Source: Octopus vulgaris (taxonomy: Eukaryota). From it: a stretch of DNA of 64,000 bases. Position 1 is the stretch's first letter; every line of letters begins with the position of its first letter. Both the position numbers and the translations under genes were made by a program. Location: NCBI GenBank assembly GCA_951406725.2, contig OX597823.1, forward strand, positions 60,760,001 through 60,824,000, given 5' to 3'. The notes beneath the pieces are model-generated. The model was not told the origin of the DNA and ran no database searches. It saw only the letters and a program-made list of their open reading frames with translations. Positions 56,161 through 64,000 of this stretch are shown here, in pieces.

Positions 56161-56683
56161 TATATACATACACATTCACATATTGATATAAATGCACACA
56201 CACGTGTCCTTCACACTCTGTTAGAAATCCCCATCCTACCATACTCCAAGTTCCCCACTCACTTCTAGTCACCTTGTACCTTGAGGGGACATGTCACCAC
56301 CCCACTATTTCTTTGCAGCACCTACTGATCATTCTCTTCCTCTCTTCTAAGTGTGAATAGCTGTGCTGTCCCTCATTTCTCCTCTCATATTTGAATCCCT
56401 TGATCTCCTATAACAAAACTGACTCTCCCCTCCCTCAGGATCATACTTTTGAGAGTTGCATAGAAACTTCACAGATGCCGGTGGCGCAAAAAATGCACCC
56501 AGTACATGCTGTGAAGTGGTTGGTATTAGGAAGTGCATCCAGCCCTAGAACCCATCTCAAAGTTGACACTGGAGCACAATGCAGTCCTTGGATCTGTTGG
56601 ATCCTGTTAAACCATCCAATCCATGTCAGCATGGAATGTGGGCATGAAATGATGATGATGATATATATATAATGTATAATATA

Positions 56684-57035
56684 CAGGAGTGGCTGTGTGA
56701 TGAGTAGCTTGCTTATCAACCACATGGTTCAGGGTTCAGTTCCACTGTGTGGCACCTTGGGCAATTGTCTTCTACTGTAGCTTCAGGCCGACCAAAGCCT
56801 TGTGAGTGGATTTGGTAGACAGTAACTGTAAGAAGCCCATCATATGTGTCTGTGTGTTTGTTCCTCCAACATTGCTTGACAACCAATGCTGGTGTTTTTA
56901 CATCCCTGTAACTTAGCAGTTTGGCAAAAGAGACCAATTAAATAAGTACTAGGCTTACAAAGAATAAGTCCTGGGGTCGATTTGCTTGACTAAAGATGGT
57001 GCTCCAGCATGGCTGCAGTCAAAAGAATAAAAGAA
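56684..57035 (+). mobile_element. Family A SINE, full length
   Basis: aggagtggctgtgtg head through ggtgctccagcatggctgcagtcaaaagaataaaag. Confidence 0.9.
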
Positions 57036-58012
57036 AATACACATATGTATATGTAAATATATATACATGTACGTGTGTGTGTACATATGTTCATATATGT
57101 AAATGTGTGTATGTTTATAGTGATACTTATTTGCATAGATAAGCATACACATATGCATCTGTGCAGGCACACCCGTATGTAAACTTTCAAGTGCATGCAC
57201 TTCTATCCATCCATTAGTACTGTATACTCATACAAGGTGAGCTTGTGCAAACCTATTTCTCACTCAAGAATACCTAATAACTGTTACTGACATGCTATAA
57301 CCATTGTCCTGCCTGTATGCTGCATGATAATTTCTCTTTGCACTGATTTTTAAAACTGCATATTAACCCGATTGAAATCTATTTAATGCATTTGCGTATC
57401 TTTCCTTGTGTTTGTAGCCCATCTTATACCCTTCAGCTACCCTTAACTGCTGAATTTTATCCTAATTTTCACATAAAAGTACCTTCAGCAAAATTATTTT
57501 CACTTTCCTTTGACATTCTCTTGACGCTCATGCAGAAAGCATACTAAGGCCCCACCTTTTTTTTCTCATTTTTAGAGGGTGTTCGAAGTAGGGGTGACAT
57601 CTAACTAGTTTCAGATTACCAACTGGCTCTTAACCCATCACCATTCAGATTAGCCTGTCAAATGTAAAGCCTGTTTGTTCACATTGTTTTTGCACTAATC
57701 ATGCTATATCTCATAGCTTCCAAATTTCAATTATGTGACTGTTTAGTTTTAAAATGACATTGTCGGGTAGGTGTGAGTAGCCTGTTTAAATGTTAAAGTG
57801 TTAGTGAAGTTCAATATTGTTTCATGTGTTCACTCCCAGACCAGCAGTTGTCTCCCACTCTTGTTTTTCTCCTTTTGCCTCCCCTTCTTGTTTTTTTTTA
57901 TTTTGCTTTGTACACTCAGGATGTTAACTGTATCACCAGTTTCTTCAATTCATGTCGGATTGCAAAGGTCATGGGTACTTCACTGCTATTGACTAAGTTA
58001 TATAAAAATACA

Positions 58013-58193
58013 GGTGACATGTTCTCTCAAGGTACAAGGTGACTTGAAGTGAGTGGAGAACTTGGAGTATGGTAGGATGGGGATTTCTAATAGAGTGTGA
58101 AGGACACGTGTGTGTGTGTTTATATCAATATGTGAATGTGTATGTATATATAAAGGAGACCCCCTTTGGTCAAGAATGACCATGGGATTGCAC
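58013..58193 (-). repeat. Inverted duplicate of 56119-56298
   Basis: The reverse complement aligns over about 180 bp with roughly 90% identity by eye, across a SINE-tail/microsatellite/next-element junction. Confidence 0.92.
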
Positions 58194-58221
58194 TCCTATC
58201 TAATACAGTCCAGATACCATA

Positions 58222-58680
58222 CTATATGCTCTCCTTGTGCATGGTCAATCCACTGCTGGACAAAGACCTCATTATGTTCTCTTTGCCAATCATGGTCTGA
58301 CATTTTCCTTGTCCATGTTTGGGTGCCAAAGAATTTAAGCAAGCTTTCATTCCAACTTCTGCATGGTCTTCCCTCCTTTTTTTCTTGATGTGGTGTCCAC
58401 TCTGTCTATTTATTATTCCTTTGAAAGACCATTTCAGAGATTTTATTCTCCAGATAATATCTTTTAAACCTGTTTCCATTCTTATCCTGTTGTTTCTCCA
58501 CTTATCCATTTTGTTAATCATCTTCAACGTTCTCTTTTCCATGACGCTTTGTGTTGGTCTTAATTTATTTTCAAAGTTCTTGCTGGTAGTCAATGTTTCT
58601 GACACATACATAATGGCAGGCAGCACACACTTGTTGGGGACTGTATCTAACTATTGTCAAACTCTACACTGACTTTTTTC
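58222..58680 (-). mobile_element. RTE-clade LINE ORF 3' fragment
   Basis: LPAIMYVSETL...KLRPTQSVMEKR...DKWRNNRIR.ETGLKDII..IKSLKWSFKG matches RTE LP...YG.ETW...KL..TQR.MER...D..RN..IR..T...DI......KW.WAGH. Confidence 0.85.
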
Positions 58681-59780
58681 TTATTCCACTAAATTCTTTC
58701 AATGCTAACCTACATGGGATCACATTTGGTACTTTCTTAAAGAATCATCAATTTAATTTATATTTGAATCAATACTTTCTAGTGTAACTTTATTGAAGAA
58801 CTTTTTCTTTAGCCTTCATTTAGTCAGCAACCAAAAACTAACAAAATTTATTAGTTTGGTAAATCTTTCCAAGTTCCTGGTTATTTCCAAGATGGATTGA
58901 AATAATAACCATTGTGTTTCATTTGAAATGTGGTCATGAAAGGGTTAAAAAAAATTTGCCCTGTAACTGACCCAACCCAGACCTCATCCTAAATTTTGGC
59001 TTAACGTCTTTCATGTTCTAAAATATTTTCTGGTCCAGTGCTCCAGGTGGTGGGGGTGTTTTTCTTGTTCCAGTGTGAAGAATTCAGTCTGAAAGTAAGG
59101 ATGACCTTACAAGATTTCTTGAATTTATAAATAGCATTCATGAATGGATCCAGTTCATTATGGAATTGAATTGATATTTAGTATATTTATATTTATATGT
59201 ACATACACTATTCATAAAAAACTAGTTAATCATGAAGGAAATGTTACTATTGCTAGTAACTGAATGTATCTGTAGGTGAGATAGTTCACTCATTATTTAT
59301 AGAAATAATCTTGAATGATAACAAGCTATTCAAAATTATGTAGGGTACATGTCTCAATGTGTGTGTGTGTGTGCGCGTACCTGTGTGTGTGTGTGTGTTC
59401 ACACATATCTTTAATGTTCATACATGCATATTCATATCAATAACTACATATTTTGGCATGAGGTAAAAGTCGGGTAACAGCAACATTAAATGCAATCAAT
59501 AGATACATAAATATATGTGACGATGTGCATACCCATATGTGTGCACATGCACACGCACTTGCACACAGACGCAGTCATGCTTTTATAAAAGTAACATTTC
59601 TCCTGTTCTCTCTGGTTTTACTATATTTATGTATGTTTAAAATATATAAATTAATAGATATATATGTACATATCTTTGTGTGTGTATGTGTGTGTATACA
59701 TGTATGTTGGTATTTATGCATACATGTACGTGAATGTGTTTGGGTGTGTGTGAATACATATATATATGTGTGTGTGTGTG

Positions 59781-59818
<38 letters not shown>

Positions 59819-60641
59819 CATGGTGCAATGGGTAAATTGTTGTCATTTTATATTTTTAATTTCATGCATGTGCATTATTTGTTTTTGATTTTGTCCTCTA
59901 CACAGTGTAGTAGGGTCAGTTGGGCACTGTGTGTGACAATGACAGCACCGTGACACAATTCACTCTGTCAGAAATTTGGAAAAAGCATACTGTACAGCTT
60001 GGTATTCATGATGGAAGCTACAATACAAACATTTCAGAGTGTCTGAGTTCAATCTGAGAACAATGCAATCTGAAGGTATGTACAGAGAGTGATAAAAATC
60101 AAACATCCAGTCAACATCATGGTGTTTGGAGTGATCACTAGTGATGACGACATTATGCCTCCATTCATCTCCCCACATGGCCCCAGACTCAACACGGAGG
60201 TCTACATGAAGTGCGTTAAAGACTCTGTGTCTGGCAACAGGACTCTCCACCATGTTACCCAAGCAAGAGAGCCCAGTCATGGCTGTCAGACAATTTCTGT
60301 GACCACATCACCCCTACCCTATGGCCACCTAACTCCCCACACTGCAAGCCCCTTGATTATTATATGTGGGAAGCAGTTCAGCAAGAGACCAACAAAACTC
60401 CTTGTAACACCAAAGGTAAACAGAAGGCAAGGATTAAGGCAGCATTCACAATAAAGAGACCATTCAAAAGATTTACTGGAGGGCGTGGTTGAGAGCCAAT
60501 GGCGATTGTATTGAATAAATTTACTCTTTAATATTTCAAGATATCTTAATGTAATTTTGGTAAATATATCTGTTAAAATGAGATGTCAGTGTTATTTTCA
60601 TTTTTTCATAATTTAGATGACAGTTTATTCACTGCACCCTG
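59819..60641 (+). mobile_element. maT (DD37D) deletion derivative, copy 2
   Basis: TA|CATGGTGCAATGGGTAAATTGTTGTC ... GACAGTTTATTCACTGCACCCTG|TA; IKHPVNIMVFGVITSD and WPPNSPHCKPLDY. Confidence 0.92.
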
Positions 60642-60663
60642 TAAATATATATATATATATATT

Positions 60664-60869
60664 ATTCTTTTATTCTTTTACTTGTTTCAGTCATTTGACT
60701 GCGGCCATGCTGGAGCACTGCCTTTAGTCGAGCAAATCGACCCCGGGACTTATTCTTTGTAAGCCCAGTACTTATGCTATTGGTCTCTTTTGCCGAACCG
60801 CTAAGTGACGGGGACGTAAACACACCAGCATCGGTTGTCAAGCAATGCTAGGGGGACAAACACAGACAT

Positions 60870-60928
<59 letters not shown>

Positions 60929-61091
60929 TACGACAGGCTTCGTTCAGTTTTCGTCTACCAAATCCACTCACAAGGCATTGGTCAGCCCGGGCCTATAGCA
61001 GAAGACACTTGCCCAAGATGCCACGCAGTGGGTCTGAACCCGGAACCACGTGGCTGGTTAGCAAGCTACTTACCACACAGCCACTCCTGCG

Positions 61092-61093
<2 letters not shown>
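60664..61093 (-). mobile_element. Young, CpG-rich full-length family A SINE (best local consensus)
   Basis: Minus strand ggcgcaggag-TGGCTGTGTGG (A box)...GGTTCAGACCC (B box), catcttgggcaagtg core, internal (TA)n(TG)n, tail gaaacaagtaaaagaataaaagaat; flanked by (TA)n. Confidence 0.93.
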
Positions 61094-61124
<31 letters not shown>

Positions 61125-61609
61125 TACCTTCCACCCTGCACATTTCCTCTGCATATATAGACGTATATATGGAATTTTTTGTGTGTGCGTATATAGATGT
61201 GTGTGTGTGTGCATGTGAATATGTGCGTTTATAGATGTGTTTTACTGTTATTGCTTATTTTTTACACATTTTTCTGTACTTTGCCTTTTGCCCTGTTTTT
61301 TCTGGTGCATGTGCATTTATAGATGTGTGTATAAAAGTTTTTTGTGTGTGTGTGTGCGAACGTGTATGCGGTTATGTATATATTTTTTAGCGAATGTCTG
61401 TGGATGTTTCAATTGAGGGTGGATGAGTATATACATATAGGCGCATGTGCAGTTACGCGATTACTATGAACATTCTTACTTCCTTACCTTTACTCCCTCC
61501 CCTTACTTAGTGGTCATTCAAATAGCTCTTTTGTATTAATAACGGTCAATCACACAGTAATTTCCCTTTGTTTAACGGTCATTTCCATAGCATCTTTTTC
61601 GATGGCCCA

Positions 61610-61668
61610 ATAATTGAAGAGATGCCGGCAAGGGTTTCCGCCCCGACATCAAAAACTCGGAGTTTTAT
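61610..61668 (+). ncRNA. Decayed type I hammerhead ribozyme motif with long stem II
   Basis: ataa-TTGAAGA-gatgccgg(caagggtttccgcc)ccgacatc-AAAAA-ctc g gag-TT-ttat: stem I 4 bp, stem II 7/8 pairs, stem III CTC/GAG; C3 and G12 mutated. Confidence 0.65.
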
Positions 61669-61745
61669 CATGGCTACCGAATAGTTGTCACATATTATAT
61701 TTCCAGGTATGTGTGTGTGTGTGTATATTTATATATATGTATGTG

Positions 61746-61783
<38 letters not shown>

Positions 61784-61810
61784 CACATACACAGTATATT
61801 GATTTATACA

Positions 61811-61847
<37 letters not shown>

Positions 61848-62042
61848 TGTTGTGTGGCTATGATATTTGTTGCCTGTCTGATTTTCAGTTGAGTCCCACA
61901 ACATGGCATCTTGGGCAAGTATCTTTTACTTTAGCCTTAGAACAACAAAAGCATTTTGAGCACATTTGGTTGCTGGAATTTCTTCCCCAAAAAAGAAAAA
62001 AACTTTGTGAATATATGCATTTACACACACACATTATTCTCT

Positions 62043-62257
62043 TCTTTTGCTTGTTTTGATCATCTGACTACGGCCCTTCTGGAGCATTGCCTTAATGGTT
62101 TTTGTTAGTTGAAATAATTGACCCCCAGGTCTTATTTTTTGTATGCCTAGTACTTATTCTAATCCTCCGTTAAGCTATGGAGGTGTAAACACGCCAACAT
62201 CGGTTGTCAAGTGATGGTGGGTGGACAAACACAGACACAAAAACATAAATGCATGCA

Positions 62258-62304
<47 letters not shown>

Positions 62305-62470
62305 TGACACACACGATGGACTTCATCCAGTTTCTGTCTACCAAATCTATTTACAAGGCTTCAGTCGGCCTGAGGCTATAGAAGACACTTGCCCAAGGTG
62401 CCATGCAATGGGACTGAACCTGGAACCATGTGGTTGAGCAGCAAGCTTCTTACCACACTGCCATGCCTGT
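62043..62470 (-). mobile_element. Family A SINE
   Basis: gaagacacttgcccaaggtgcc and ggactgaacctggaaccatgtggttg in reverse orientation, internal (TA)n. Confidence 0.85.
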
Positions 62471-62820
62471 GTATACACATGCATACACACTAGTTTATGT
62501 GTGTCTGTGTTTCCTTGTCCTCAGATGACATGAGAGTGCTAAATGAGTGTCACTGTTATACATAGCAGTGACCTTCCTTTGACATCGTCTATGTAAATAA
62601 TGAAATAATACCTGGGAAATAAGTGACTATTGGTGTCAGGAAGGGTACCTACCTGTAAAGAACTTGCTTCAGTGAACTTTAATTCATGAAGCTATGGAAA
62701 GGTTGACATTAAAAGTACGTTCTTATATATATATATGCCTAAATTTGTATATGTGTGCATGTATGTGTTTATCTTTTGTGTATATATACTTGTATGCATA
62801 TATATATGTGTGTGTGTTTT

Positions 62821-63632
62821 TTGAAATACTAAAGAGTAAATTTATTCAATAAAATCATCATTGGCTTCAACCAAGGCCTCCAAACAATCTCGGAATATCC
62901 TGCAACTCTTCTGAATGTTGTCCTTGTTTAAGTTGGTGAATGCTGCCATAATCTTTGGCTTCAGGTCATCTTTGGTGTTACAAGGAGTTTGTTGGTCTCT
63001 CGCTCAACTGCACTCCACATATAATCAAAGGGGTTGCAGTGTGAGGAGTTAGGTGGCCAAATGTTAGGAGTGGTGTGGTCACAGAAATTGTCTGACAACC
63101 ATGACTGGGTTCTCTTGCTTGTGTGGCATGGTGCAGAGTTCTGTTGCCAAACATAGGGTCTTTCAACAGCCACTCTCTTGACCCAGAACAGCACTAACTC
63201 CTCCAGGCACTTGATGTAAGCCTCCGTGTTGAGTCTGAGGCCATATGGAGGTATAACATGGCTATCACTAGTGATCACTCCAAATACCATGATGTTGACT
63301 GGATGTTTGATTTTTATCACTCCCAGTACATGTCTTCAGATTACTCTGTGCTCAGATTGACCCCCAAACCCTGAAATGTTTTGAGTTCCCAGCGTGTATT
63401 GGAGCTCCCAGTGTGTATTGGAGCTCCTAGTGTGTATTGGAGCTCCTGCTGTGAATGCTAAGCAGTACAGCATGATGTTTCCAAATTTCTGGCAGAGTGA
63501 ACTGTCATGGTACTGTTTTTCTCACAGATGGTGACCAACTGACCCTACTATACTGTTGAGAAAATCAACAACAAACAATGCACATTTGCAAAATTAATAA
63601 TATAATATAGTGACAATTTACCCATTGTATCC
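62821..63632 (-). mobile_element. maT (DD37D) deletion derivative, copy 3, one terminus lost
   Basis: ORF 62961-63320 WQQNSAPCH...WPPNSSHCNPFDY (37 spacing); terminus gacaatttacccattg; internal 19-bp tandem repeat 63383-63457. Confidence 0.9.
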
Positions 63633-64000
63633 TCTTTGTGCGCACGCACGCGCGTGTGTATGTGTGTGTGTTGTGAGTGTGTGTGTGTATGTGCTTACAT
63701 ACACACACTTATAAATTCACATGTACTTCCATCCACATATGCATGTGCAAGCACTCACACGCTAATGCACATAGCTATAGCATAGATGCATATATATGGA
63801 AAAAGACATATGTGCATTCATTTCTGGGTCTGCTTACTTGAGGCACTTCTAGAACTTCTGTAAGTTCCATTACCATCATCAGTCCGTTGTTAAAATGTAA
63901 TAACCGCTTAATCAAACTCATTCAATTGATACATATTTATTAATGTTGGAATTTGCCTCTAGCAAATATAATATATCACTATACGTCTGTATATGTTGCT

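Noticed and set aside
60980-61093. tRNA genes suggested by A/B boxes (also at 55830 and 13710)
   Set aside because: No complete cloverleaf; the boxes continue into SINE bodies present in many copies.

Overview
AT-rich eukaryotic genomic DNA with no prokaryotic features. The (TA)n/(CA)n load and the SINE repertoire look like an Octopus (coleoid cephalopod) genome; this is inferred from repeat motifs, not from a search. Almost all ORFs in the supplied track are microsatellite artefacts (YI/CV/TH runs). What the sequence does support is a dense mosaic of transposable elements. It contains tRNA-headed SINEs with CORE-, Nin/Deu- and Meta-like domains, RTE and CR1-like LINE 3' ends, and a decayed Ty3/Gypsy pol region. 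It also contains three internally deleted DD37D (maT) transposons, mariner relics and MITEs, TTAA-flanked MITEs and a young non-autonomous Helitron. The most striking signal is a set of sequence-diverse minimal type I hammerhead-ribozyme motifs of the Penelope-like/retrozyme kind, mostly next to (TA)n tracts: five clear ones and three weak ones. One of them is a head-to-head palindromic dimer whose two halves complement each other's mutations. The window also shows a SINE tail shared with a CR1-like LINE 3' end, SINE 3'-module swapping, and a local inverted duplication. Host-gene evidence is weak: candidate exons at 18.9-20.2 kb (+) inside a TE-poor island and at 0.3-0.6 kb (-). Boundaries of old repeats are approximate (about +/-10-20 bp).
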